From the NCBI GenBank assembly GCA_963675665.1, contig OY776510.1, positions 4,416,001-4,480,000 of the forward strand: a stretch of 64,000 bases of DNA, given 5' to 3'. The notes beneath the pieces are model-generated. The model searched no databases and was not told where the DNA came from. It saw only the letters and a program-made list of their open reading frames with translations. Shown one piece after another: positions 10,072-20,111 of this stretch. The stretch comes from Spirochaetia bacterium (GTDB lineage: Bacteria; Spirochaetota; Spirochaetia; UBA9216). A program made the position numbers and the translations under genes. Each line of letters starts with the position of its first letter. The first letter of the stretch is position 1.

Positions 10072-11346
10072 CATAGCTGTCCAAAATAAGGACTATTAAT
10101 AGCCTGAATCCCTGGTTATAATGAATTGAGCGGGCAAGCTTAAATCATTACAACGGAAGGAAAACAGGCAATGAGTTATAAGAATAGCATTTTAAATCAG
10201 ATACTTCAAATCATTCCGAGACATGAATTTGAAAGATCTGTCAGAAAGTATAAAGGAGATTTTGCTTCAAAAGGATTCTCCTGTTGGGAACAATTTGTTT
10301 CAATGCTGTTTGCCCAATTTACAGGACAGACCGGACTTAGAGGCATAGAAACAGCATTGGATTCGATTAAAAACATGCTTTATCATTTGGGGGTAAAAAA
10401 GATTAAACGCTCAACACTTTCCTATGCAAATAACAACAGACCCTCAGAAATTTATGAAAATGTATTCAATAACCTGCTGACAAAGATCCTTAAAATGAAA
10501 AGGTCTCATAAGCATAGATTTAAAAATCCGCTGTACAGTGTTGATGCGACAACCATCGATTTATGCCTGTCAGTATTTCCATGGGCGAAGTTTAGAAAGA
10601 ATAAAGGCGGAATCAAACTTAATGTAAAACTTGATCACAGCGGATATATTCCGGACTTTGTATCTGTTACAACAGCTCAAACCCATGAGCTTAATTCACT
10701 CAAGAAAATGAAATTCAATAAAGGTGATGTAGTTGCATTCGATCGGGCCTATACAGATTTCAAATTATTTGCAAGTTATTGTATTGCAGGCATTTATTTT
10801 ATTACTCGTATGAAAAAGAATGCAGATTATAAAGTTTTTCAAAGAAATAATGTTTCAAAATATGAAAATATTTCATCAGATCAAATAATTGAAATGCGAG
10901 GATACTACACCAGCAAGAAGTGTCCACTCCAATTACGGCGAATTAGAATAAAAGATCCGGAAACAGGAAAATATATTGTAATTCTTACAAATCAGCTTGA
11001 TTGGGCACCTACAACAGTTGCTGCTGTCTATAAGGACAGATGGCAGATAGAAATATTCTTCAAAACAATCAAACAGAACCTGAAAATAAAGAAGTTTTTT
11101 GGAACGACGAAAAATGCAGTAATGACTCAGATCTGGATAGCATTGATAACTCATCTGATGCTGCAATATCTGAAGATGTTATCTTCCGGTGGATGGACTC
11201 ATTATTCGCTTATGAAATTGCTTCCATCAATCCTGACGACCAGAAAAGATCTCTGGAATATTCTGAATAAACTACCGCCGCCCGGCAGAAATGAGCCAGG
11301 CTTAAAACTTCAAATGGAGCTGTTATGATTGTTTTGGACAGCTATG
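10072..11346 (+). mobile_element. IS4-family element, copy 2
   Basis: Same IRs as copy 1; TSD ATTTTCTCT at 10063-10071 and 11347-11355. Confidence 0.95.
10171..11328 (+). CDS. IS4-family transposase
   Basis: Protein identical to 250-1407. Confidence 0.93.
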   Translation: MSYKNSILNQILQIIPRHEFERSVRKYKGDFASKGFSCWEQFVSMLFAQFTGQTGLRGIETALDSIKNMLYHLGVKKIKRSTLSYANNNRPSEIYENVFNNLLTKILKMKRSHKHRFKNPLYSVDATTIDLCLSVFPWAKFRKNKGGIKLNVKLDHSGYIPDFVSVTTAQTHELNSLKKMKFNKGDVVAFDRAYTDFKLFASYCIAGIYFITRMKKNADYKVFQRNNVSKYENISSDQIIEMRGYYTSKKCPLQLRRIRIKDPETGKYIVILTNQLDWAPTTVAAVYKDRWQIEIFFKTIKQNLKIKKFFGTTKNAVMTQIWIALITHLMLQYLKMLSSGGWTHYSLMKLLPSILTTRKDLWNILNKLPPPGRNEPGLKLQMELL

Positions 11347-11357
11347 ATTTTCTCTTA

Positions 11358-12278
11358 TTAATAATTCTCCATAAATTGTATTATTTCCTTCGAAATCTCT
11401 TCATATTTCTCATGATGCAGATAATGAGAGCCTTCATATTCTATCAATCGACCTTCATTTTGATTATTAATAATAACTTCATGATCTTTTATCCATTTTT
11501 CAGGATTATCATGATTATTTCTAGATACAAAGAACAAGATTGGTATATCTTTATCCATTTCAATATTTGATACTTTTTTAACATTTTCAGAATACCAATC
11601 AATTTCACCCAATTGTGCGGCATTCTTATAGTTTCTTATAATTGCTTTTCTTAATTCTTTTAAATCATTTTCACTATAAATATCTTTCATTTTTTTATCA
11701 GTCAATTTATTAGGAGAAACTATTCCAATTAACCTTAAAATGCCACTTCTTCTTGTAATCTTATCAATTAGGATTGCTCCTGGAATTTCTTTTCCTTCTA
11801 AATATTGAGGGATTGCGTTTTCTATGCCAATATATCCATCTATCTCATTTTTATATTTTTCAATATAATATTGCGCATAGATTCCTGATATAGAATGGGC
11901 TAATAGCGTATATTTTTCTATATCCAATTTATTCATAATATAATGAATCTCTTCTGTAATATTTTCGATAGTTCTCTGTTTTCTTGTATCATCGGAAAAT
12001 CCATACCCATAGGTTTCAATTATCACGATTCTATATTTATTCTTCAATTCATTAGTAAGCGGAGAAAAATCAATTATTGGTGAGCCAGTCCCAAAACCTG
12101 ATAGAAGCAATATAGTATTATCCCCTTTTTGACTATCATACACATGGAGTCTTTCATTATCACTTTCAAAATATAGATATTGTCCATTTGCATTATTAAT
12201 TTCAATATTTAGCATAACATTATGGATTATTATCAGCATTAACATTGATAGTAAGACTATTATTGAAATCTTCTTCAT
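11358..12278 (-). CDS. Membrane-anchored alpha/beta hydrolase
   Basis: N-terminal hydrophobic segment; GYGFSD; nucleophile elbow AHSISG; GSHYLH; start reassigned to MKKISII. Confidence 0.85.
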   Translation of the reverse strand: MKKISIIVLLSMLMLIIIHNVMLNIEINNANGQYLYFESDNERLHVYDSQKGDNTILLLSGFGTGSPIIDFSPLTNELKNKYRIVIIETYGYGFSDDTRKQRTIENITEEIHYIMNKLDIEKYTLLAHSISGIYAQYYIEKYKNEIDGYIGIENAIPQYLEGKEIPGAILIDKITRRSGILRLIGIVSPNKLTDKKMKDIYSENDLKELRKAIIRNYKNAAQLGEIDWYSENVKKVSNIEMDKDIPILFFVSRNNHDNPEKWIKDHEVIINNQNEGRLIEYEGSHYLHHEKYEEISKEIIQFMENY

Positions 12279-12343
12279 AATCTTATTTATCGGCCCTACT
12301 CTCCATACTGCTATAAAGAAAATTGCACCCAATCTAATCATAC

Positions 12344-12485
12344 ATTTAACGACAATTTTAGCTGCCTGGCGGCGCGAGTCTTTCGAGCACATTGGCGTGA
12401 TTCTGGAGTGGAGCGCGATCAGCGCGAAACGTCTTTAGCCAGAATCATGACAATAGCCAGGACTGTTACAAATTTCATGTTTTGT
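12344..12485 (-). repeat. attC site 7 (allele of the ORF-less cassette)
   Basis: ATTTAAC...GTTTTGT. Confidence 0.9.
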
Positions 12486-12969
12486 GTAACGGCCCCATAC
12501 TCACTACTTTCATCTACATTCATAATTATCCTTTTTCTTACTTTGCCCCTTCTTTACCCAGCGTTCTCGCTGGGTTCATCCCAATTAATCATACAACGAT
12601 TTCCTCTTTGTAGGTATTTTTATTTTTAAACAATAACTACTGTTCTGTTTCTTAACATTTTACTTCTTCATTTCCGTAATATTCATTTTAAACATTTGGC
12701 CGCTAAAATTTTACGCAGGTTAGCTGTGATTTTTTTGAGAAGCTTAAAATAGGACATAGATACGAATACGTTTCACGTCGGAGGTTATGGGAAACTATCG
12801 AAAACAGGATGATTAACTCCATAAACTTCTTTATTCAACCTGCAAATTATTGTTCTATCAAAGAACTAAATCAAATATTTTCTTTTTAATATGTTTTTCA
12901 CTTATGTGTCATTTTAAACGGGAACCGTATAAAATCTTTATTTTAGCCTAATTCTCTTTTACACAAAAC
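12479..12969 (-). other. ORF-less gene cassette, copy 1
   Basis: Bounded by GTTTTGTGTAA and TTACACAAAAC; no credible CDS; near-identical to 24537-25027 and 29242-29731. Confidence 0.88.
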
Positions 12970-13101
12970 GACGATTTGAGTAGCAAAATTGATCGGCGTC
13001 TTCGCCGAATTGGCGCGATTCTGGAGTGAGGGCCATTGCCCGAACGTCTTCAGCCAGAATCGTGACAATAAATTTTGACTACTCCAAATCTCTTGTTTGT
13101 T
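12963..13101 (-). repeat. attC site 8
   Basis: ACAAAAC...GTTTGTT. Confidence 0.87.
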
Positions 13102-13120
13102 TAGTAAGCATCTAATTTTT

Positions 13121-14206
13121 TTAAATCTTTCTTATATGATCACATATTTTAGCATATGCTTTCTCATAATAAAAAAAGTGTAAACATTGATTAGTACCAA
13201 GCTCAACTCCAAACCTATCCATCTGAACAAGATCGTAGAGACAACCACCATTACATAAACTAAAATATTTACAAATTTTGCATTTATTTCTTATTTCTAT
13301 TTCAATATTTTTATAATGTTCAATCCCTCTTGACTCGATATTTTCTTTAAAATTATCTAAATTATACTCCATTTTTAAAAAATTAAAATTATCAAACTTA
13401 TCACAGTGCGATATTAATCCATCATTATTTATAGTAAAATATTTACCAACACAATTTTGACCTTCATGACATAATCTTGGCTTGTTTTCAAATAAAATAT
13501 CAATCTTGCTTTCAAATTCTCTTAATTCAATCTCTTTATATTTATCACTTATTATTAAATCTATAAACTTATTCAAATATTTTTTAACTTTAGCAATATA
13601 AATTAAATACTCTTCTCTATTATTAAAACACAGTCTTAATGGTAATAATGCTATTTTGTAAATTCTATTTTCTTTAAGAAAATCTAATAATTCTACTGGT
13701 TTAGTATCCAATAATTCATTAGAAAGGACTGATAGAATACCAAATTTCTTAGTATTATCATTAACTATTTTTAGATTTTTTATAATAATTTCCGAACTCT
13801 TATTTCCATCAGGAAATATTCTATTTATATCATGAATTTGCATCAATCCATCAAAACTTATACCAATATTAAAATAATTCTCATTTAAAAAAGTTACAAA
13901 TTGTTTGGATAGTAAAGTACCATTAGTTTGAATAGAGTTGTATATTTCTTTTTTTATATATTTCTTCTGATCTTTAATTATTCTCTCATAAAACTCTTGT
14001 CCTAAAAGTAAAGGCTCTCCTCCATGCCAAATAAAATTAATTTTTTTTATCCAATACATAGAGTTTAGTACTTTAAATAATGAAATTAATAAACTACGTT
14101 CAATTTCTTTTGAATTATTATCTCGTTCAAAACAGTACTTACAATTTAAATTACACTTTCTAGTGGTTTTAATAATAAATGAAATATTGTCAGATTGTCT
14201 ATTCAT
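13121..14206 (-). CDS. Radical SAM/SPASM enzyme, probable peptide maturase
   Basis: CNLNCKYC; WHGGEPLL; QTNG; SPASM cysteines CHEGQNC...C...CKICKYFSLCNGGC...C. Confidence 0.88.
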   Translation of the reverse strand: MNRQSDNISFIIKTTRKCNLNCKYCFERDNNSKEIERSLLISLFKVLNSMYWIKKINFIWHGGEPLLLGQEFYERIIKDQKKYIKKEIYNSIQTNGTLLSKQFVTFLNENYFNIGISFDGLMQIHDINRIFPDGNKSSEIIIKNLKIVNDNTKKFGILSVLSNELLDTKPVELLDFLKENRIYKIALLPLRLCFNNREEYLIYIAKVKKYLNKFIDLIISDKYKEIELREFESKIDILFENKPRLCHEGQNCVGKYFTINNDGLISHCDKFDNFNFLKMEYNLDNFKENIESRGIEHYKNIEIEIRNKCKICKYFSLCNGGCLYDLVQMDRFGVELGTNQCLHFFYYEKAYAKICDHIRKI

Positions 14207-14634
14207 TTAAATTTTTTAAATAATTTTAATTCCTCCTCATTTAAATCATCTATTAATACTGATCTAATCTCTAAATTCTCATTTTGAATGGAAATTGTAT
14301 TTTGTAATGGTAATTCATCATCAGTCCAAGAATTATCCCAGCATTCACCAAATCCTCCATCTGAATGACACCATCCATTTGTATAACTTTCTGCGACTTC
14401 TCCACCATCCGTTAACGGAAGATTTACAATCTTTCTAATCGATTCTGGAATTGTAGTGCCTTTTTGAATCGATATAGTTCTAATTAATTTTATACTTTCA
14501 TGGTCGTTAACGACATCTCCAACAGTTCTTCCAATTCTATTAGTTATAACATCTTCTGAATTCTTATCAACAAAGTTGCTTTTATTTTCGATCATTTTTA
14601 TAACTTTTCTTATTCTTTTACTTAAATCTGCCAT
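14203..14634 (-). CDS. Putative RiPP precursor with an internal aromatic-rich core
   Basis: GGAGG RBS; 4-bp overlap with the rSAM gene; segment YTNGWCHSDGGFGECWDNSWTDD. Confidence 0.65.
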   Translation of the reverse strand: MADLSKRIRKVIKMIENKSNFVDKNSEDVITNRIGRTVGDVVNDHESIKLIRTISIQKGTTIPESIRKIVNLPLTDGGEVAESYTNGWCHSDGGFGECWDNSWTDDELPLQNTISIQNENLEIRSVLIDDLNEEELKLFKKFK

Positions 14635-15056
14635 AGGACCCTCCATAATTTTTAATTGGATACATACTAGAGCAAAACAACTATTTTCTTATAAAAATTA
14701 TAACCCTATATAAGAAATATGTCATTATTTTTTAAAAAACCTACGCCACTTGTTTAAACGAAGTATCCTATATATCTATCATTTTTAGGCTATCTAAAGC
14801 CCAATTTTATAATACACAATCTCAATATTTTTATCATTTTAATGATATCAAAGTAAATGTTATTTAAATCCTTATAAAACTTACATTTATTGATTTATAA
14901 TTTTGTAAGAATTCATTAAGTTCTCTTATATTTATATCTCTTTAAGCAAATATCTTATCTCAAAACTGTCTTTTTATCTTATTCCTCTTTATTTCTGATT
15001 ATTTACCCTATTATTAAAAAACTGTACACAAAGCTGTCTGACTATACTCGCTTTAC

Positions 15057-15195
15057 ATTTAACGACGTTTTGAGTAGCAAAATCGGCCGAGTCTTCGAGG
15101 CTTGGCGCGTGTTTTTGCATAGCTTTTTACCTCTACCCTACTTTTCTGCAAAAACCGTGACAAAGATTTTGACTACTCCAAAACTCATGTTATAC
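15057..15195 (-). repeat. attC site 9 (variant inner stem)
   Basis: ATTTAAC...GTTATAC. Confidence 0.9.
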
Positions 15196-15202
15196 GGATT
15201 TT

Positions 15203-15493
15203 CTATACTTTTTCTAATAATTTCCCAGAAACATATTTATGCAATATCATTGATACCAGAGTTTGATATGGTAAGCCTTCTTCCATTGCTTTTATCTTCA
15301 AATTCTTCAAATCTCTTTCTGATATTCTTATATTCATCCTTTTATCTTTTTTCATCGTAGCTTCAGCATATCTTTTTGCTTGAAGCCTATATTCTTCACT
15401 TTCTTCTATTTCTTCCCATTCACCTTTCTCAAGTGAATTCATTAAATCGCGTTCTTCTTCATCTATCGGAGTACACATATTTTTATCTTTCAT
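15203..15493 (-). CDS. Antitoxin with C-terminal RHH (BrnA/CopG-like)
   Basis: RMNIRISERDL..LK.KA.EEGLPYQTL. Confidence 0.85.
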   Translation of the reverse strand: MKDKNMCTPIDEEERDLMNSLEKGEWEEIEESEEYRLQAKRYAEATMKKDKRMNIRISERDLKNLKIKAMEEGLPYQTLVSMILHKYVSGKLLEKV

Positions 15494-15777
15494 TCCTTTC
15501 CTCCATTCTTCAATAATTTCTTTGTATATTCCCTACTCGGGTATATCGTCTTTAGAAATATCTCTTTATCTTCTTTATTTTCAACAAAAGGCACTACATA
15601 TATATAATCATTATAATTGATTAGATAAATTTTCTGATTTCCATATTTTTCTTCATTTGGATGCTTTAAGACTTTTACAACTTTTCCTTCAGAAATACAC
15701 AATATAATTTCTTCAAATGAAAAATTGCGTTGTTCCTTCAGTATTTCATTCTTTTCATCATTCCAATTATATGTCAT
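15490..15777 (-). CDS. BrnT-like toxin
   Basis: WNDEKNEILK..RNFSFEE...FLKTIYPSR. Confidence 0.82.
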   Translation of the reverse strand: MTYNWNDEKNEILKEQRNFSFEEIILCISEGKVVKVLKHPNEEKYGNQKIYLINYNDYIYVVPFVENKEDKEIFLKTIYPSREYTKKLLKNGGKE

Positions 15778-15913
15778 ATTATAAAGATAAGCTCACGTGT
15801 GCCTTTTGTCAATACTTTATATTTCTTAAATTCTTACGAAGTCTCGATTTAACCACGAATGGCCCACCAAACTATGGATTCTATCAATATTATTTTATCT
15901 AATTCTTAATTCC

Positions 15914-16054
15914 GTATAACGACGTTTTGAGTAGCAAAATCGGCCGAGTCTTCGAGGCTTGGCACGCGTTTTTGCTACCGCTTTTTGCCTTTACCCTACT
16001 TTCTTAGCAAAAACCGTGACAAAGATTTTGACTACTCCAAATCTCTTGTTATGA
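15914..16054 (-). repeat. attC site 10
   Basis: GTATAAC...GTTATGA. Confidence 0.9.
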
Positions 16055-17134
16055 TTACATCTTCAATATTTCCATTAATTTCTTATTAATGAATATATTC
16101 TCCCTTCCTACTTTTTCTAATTCTAATATTCCTATTTCAGATAGTTGATGCAAATATCGGGATGCTGCTTTTCGTTCTATTCCTATAGAATTTACTATGA
16201 ATTCAACTTTACAGTATGGGTTTTCAAAAAGAGTCTCTACCAATTCTTTTGTATAAATTTTTGAAGCTTTCTCTTTTACTTCATCTATTGTCTTATCCAA
16301 TAATTCTCTAATTTTCTTAATTTTATCAATCGTTTCTATTGCTGTCTGCTTTACTCCCTCAAGAATGTATAATAGCCATTCTTCCCATTCATCTTCAGAA
16401 GTAACTTTTCTTAACAATCGATAATATTCATTTTTATTCTTAATGATGTATGAACTCAAATACAGAATAGGTATTTCAAGATATTCTTTCAATAATAGGT
16501 ATAATACATTTAATATTCTTCCAGTTCTGCCATTTCCATCATGAAACGGATGTATGCTCTCAAATTGATAATGAATTATTCCCATTTTTATCAATGATGA
16601 TTCACCATCATTTAAATATTCGAATAAATTCTTCAACAGTTTATATATAATTTCAACTTCATCTGGTGGGGAGTAGACTATCTCTCTCGTTTTATCATTA
16701 TATAATCTGGTTCCTGGTGTTTTTCTTATACCTGAATCATTTTTCAACAAGATCTCTTGTATCTCGATAATTTCTTTTTCTGAGATGTATCCTTTTTCTT
16801 CTATTCTTTTATATCCCCAATTTAATGCTTCTCGATAGTACATCACTTCCTTTGTTGCATGATCTACACTTTTACTACTTGATATCGCCTGATACAATTC
16901 ATCTCTTGTTGTTATAATATTCTCAATTTCAGAACTATCTTTTGCTTCTTGAAGAATTATTGCATTAATTAATATAGATTGATTAGGAATAATATTGGCT
17001 ATACCTTTCAATTCTGCAAGTGAAGCGCGAGCTTCACTTTCCTTCTTCCATAATTCTAATGTCGCACATTTTGATTTATCTGGTGGTATTAGAGGAAGGT
17101 CATTAAACGGAATATCTGCTTTAAAACTACTCAT
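16055..17134 (-). CDS. Fic-family protein (Fic_N + Fic + HTH)
   Basis: Inhibitory motif SSEIEN; catalytic HPFHDGNGRTGR. Confidence 0.92.
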   Translation of the reverse strand: MSSFKADIPFNDLPLIPPDKSKCATLELWKKESEARASLAELKGIANIIPNQSILINAIILQEAKDSSEIENIITTRDELYQAISSSKSVDHATKEVMYYREALNWGYKRIEEKGYISEKEIIEIQEILLKNDSGIRKTPGTRLYNDKTREIVYSPPDEVEIIYKLLKNLFEYLNDGESSLIKMGIIHYQFESIHPFHDGNGRTGRILNVLYLLLKEYLEIPILYLSSYIIKNKNEYYRLLRKVTSEDEWEEWLLYILEGVKQTAIETIDKIKKIRELLDKTIDEVKEKASKIYTKELVETLFENPYCKVEFIVNSIGIERKAASRYLHQLSEIGILELEKVGRENIFINKKLMEILKM

Positions 17135-17340
17135 ATGTACCATTTTACTATATTTTCGGTCACATCACAAGCTATTTGTACTTATATCCAATATTTTGGT
17201 ACACATACAGTTTTTATGTGCATCCCATGCACATGACATTTCATTCATGTACACGTTTTTCTTTTCTTTGTACATGTCAAGCTAATCATGTCCTCATTTT
17301 CAGCTTTTAAGGACATTTAAGCCGATTATTTTTTTGTTAA

Positions 17341-17481
17341 TCATAACGACGTTTTGAGTAGCAAAATCGGCCGAGTCTTCGAGGCTTGGCACGTGTTTTT
17401 GCTACCGCTTTTTGCCTTTACCCAACTTTCTCAGCAAAAACCGTGACAAAGATTTTGACTACTCCAAAACTCACGTTATCA
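17341..17481 (-). repeat. attC site 11
   Basis: TCATAAC...GTTATCA. Confidence 0.9.
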
Positions 17482-17593
17482 AGAGCTTTTTTCTTAATTT
17501 CTTCAGATTCTCTTCATTCTTAAATATCTTCATGTTCTTCTTTCCCACACTTTTAGCTTCCATTGGGATTATTCTTAAATTTTTCTTATCTAC

Positions 17594-17824
17594 TTATGAT
17601 GCTTTCCAATTTATATTCAATTTCAGATTTTTCCTTGCACAATCTGCTAAATACAAATTGATCAATTGCTGATATTTTATTCCCGATTCTTCGGACATTT
17701 CTTTAAAATAATCGATAGTATCTTCATCTAAGCGGATAGTAATCTGCTTCTTCAGTTTTGAGACATAGGGATTCTTTTTTGCATTTGAAAAATCATAATG
17801 TTCTCTCATAATTTCATCCTCCAT
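17594..17824 (-). CDS. brnA: BrnA-family antitoxin
   Basis: YDFS..KKNPY...ITIRLDED.IDYFK...YQQLIN. Confidence 0.85.
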   Translation of the reverse strand: MEDEIMREHYDFSNAKKNPYVSKLKKQITIRLDEDTIDYFKEMSEESGIKYQQLINLYLADCARKNLKLNINWKAS

Positions 17825-18098
17825 ATTTCCTGGTTTCGTCCTTATCAGCTTTCCTTGCTGATATAATCCTTATTACTTCTTCATTTTCTCTATAACAATG
17901 ACATACAACCAACACTTTTAATGTTTGTGATAATCCCATAATCAAGAATCTTTCTTCATCTTCAGAATGATCCGGATCATGAATTATTAACGCAGCTGGA
18001 TCATAAAACACTGTTATTGCTTCATCAAAGCTAACCTTATGCTTCTTTATATTTAACTTATTTTTATTTTCATCCCATTCAAACTGGATATGTTTCAT
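17814..18098 (-). CDS. brnT: BrnT-family toxin
   Basis: FEWDENKNKLNIKKHKVSF...IRIISARKA. Confidence 0.9.
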   Translation of the reverse strand: MKHIQFEWDENKNKLNIKKHKVSFDEAITVFYDPAALIIHDPDHSEDEERFLIMGLSQTLKVLVVCHCYRENEEVIRIISARKADKDETRKYGG

Positions 18099-18282
18099 AC
18101 TTATAATGTACATACATTGTAGTGTTTTGTCAATTTTTATATTTCTTAATGATCCCAGCCCTAATACTCGCTTCCACTGGGGTTATCCTTTCAGTCTCAC
18201 TACCTCTGGAGGAAAATTCGTTCATAGAAGTGTATAGACTATTACAATTATTATATCAAATTTTCATGGAGTTCCGGGTTCT

Positions 18283-18421
18283 TGATAACGACGATTTGAG
18301 TAGCGAAACCGGCCGAGTCTTCGAGGCTTGGCGCAGTTCTGGAACGCAGCGCGATCAGCGCGGAGTGTCTTTAGCCAGAACTGTGACAAAGGTTTTGACT
18401 ACTCCAAATCTCTTGTTATGA
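18283..18421 (-). repeat. attC site 12
   Basis: TGATAAC...GTTATGA. Confidence 0.9.
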
Positions 18422-18836
18422 ATATTTTTCTTCTAATACATCATCAATATCTATCAACCCGAATCCAACTTCATCAATATTATAGTCTTTATATTTCTTA
18501 ACTAAATTCTTAGATTTTTCTTTTAACTTCTTCATATTAATTTTTTCTTTATTCATTTTTATTTCACCTATAATCATCTTTTTATTTATCTCATCTATAC
18601 AGACTAAATCGATTTCGTTTTGATTTCCTTTTTCCCAATAATTTCCAATTTCATTAAAATTTCCAGAGTCTCTAAATATTTCATGATATAGCTTTTCAAG
18701 TATGGGACCGCTGTAGGATTTAAAATTTTCTTCTAAATTCTTTCTTATATATAAATAATTATTGTTCTCTATTGCAGAACGATATTTATAAACAAATCTA
18801 AACCAAAATTTTAAAAAATTATCTTTTATATAATAT

Positions 18837-20111
18837 CATAGCTGTCCAAAATAAGGACTATTAATAGCCTGAATCCCTGGTTATAATGAATTGAGCGGGC
18901 AAGCTTAAATCATTACAACGGAAGGAAAACAGGCAATGAGTTATAAGAATAGCATTTTAAATCAGATACTTCAAATCATTCCGAGACATGAATTTGAAAG
19001 ATCTGTCAGAAAGTATAAAGGAGATTTTGCTTCAAAAGGATTCTCCTGTTGGGAACAATTTGTTTCAATGCTGTTTGCCCAATTTACAGGACAGACCGGA
19101 CTTAGAGGCATAGAAACAGCATTGGATTCGATTAAAAACATGCTTTATCATTTGGGGGTAAAAAAGATTAAACGCTCAACACTTTCCTATGCAAATAACA
19201 ACAGACCCTCAGAAATTTATGAAAATGTATTCAATAACCTGCTGACAAAGATCCTTAAAATGAAAAGGTCTCATAAGCATAGATTTAAAAATCCGCTGTA
19301 CAGTGTTGATGCGACAACCATCGATTTATGCCTGTCAGTATTTCCATGGGCGAAGTTTAGAAAGAATAAAGGCGGAATCAAACTTAATGTAAAACTTGAT
19401 CACAGCGGATATATTCCGGACTTTGTATCTGTTACAACAGCTCAAACCCATGAGCTTAATTCACTCAAGAAAATGAAATTCAATAAAGGTGATGTAGTTG
19501 CATTCGATCGGGCCTATACAGATTTCAAATTATTTGCAAGTTATTGTATTGCAGGCATTTATTTTATTACTCGTATGAAAAAGAATGCAGATTATAAAGT
19601 TTTTCAAAGAAATAATGTTTCAAAATATGAAAATATTTCATCAGATCAAATAATTGAAATGCGAGGATACTACACCAGCAAGAAGTGTCCACTCCAATTA
19701 CGGCGAATTAGAATAAAAGATCCGGAAACAGGAAAATATATTGTAATTCTTACAAATCAGCTTGATTGGGCACCTACAACAGTTGCTGCTGTCTATAAGG
19801 ACAGATGGCAGATAGAAATATTCTTCAAAACAATCAAACAGAACCTGAAAATAAAGAAGTTTTTTGGAACGACGAAAAATGCAGTAATGACTCAGATCTG
19901 GATAGCATTGATAACTCATCTGATGCTGCAATATCTGAAGATGTTATCTTCCGGTGGATGGACTCATTATTCGCTTATGAAATTGCTTCCATCAATCCTG
20001 ACGACCAGAAAAGATCTCTGGAATATTCTGAATAAACTACCGCCGCCCGGCAGAAATGAGCCAGGCTTAAAACTTCAAATGGAGCTGTTATGATTGTTTT
20101 GGACAGCTATG
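18837..20111 (+). mobile_element. IS4-family element, copy 3
   Basis: Same IRs; TSD ATATAATAT at 18828-18836 and 20112-20120. Confidence 0.95.
18936..20093 (+). CDS. IS4-family transposase
   Basis: Protein identical to the other two copies. Confidence 0.93.
   Translation: MSYKNSILNQILQIIPRHEFERSVRKYKGDFASKGFSCWEQFVSMLFAQFTGQTGLRGIETALDSIKNMLYHLGVKKIKRSTLSYANNNRPSEIYENVFNNLLTKILKMKRSHKHRFKNPLYSVDATTIDLCLSVFPWAKFRKNKGGIKLNVKLDHSGYIPDFVSVTTAQTHELNSLKKMKFNKGDVVAFDRAYTDFKLFASYCIAGIYFITRMKKNADYKVFQRNNVSKYENISSDQIIEMRGYYTSKKCPLQLRRIRIKDPETGKYIVILTNQLDWAPTTVAAVYKDRWQIEIFFKTIKQNLKIKKFFGTTKNAVMTQIWIALITHLMLQYLKMLSSGGWTHYSLMKLLPSILTTRKDLWNILNKLPPPGRNEPGLKLQMELL

Noticed and set aside
13121-14206. Anaerobic sulfatase maturase
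   Set aside because: No sulfatase nearby and the coupled partner looks like a peptide substrate; not fully excluded without an HMM search.
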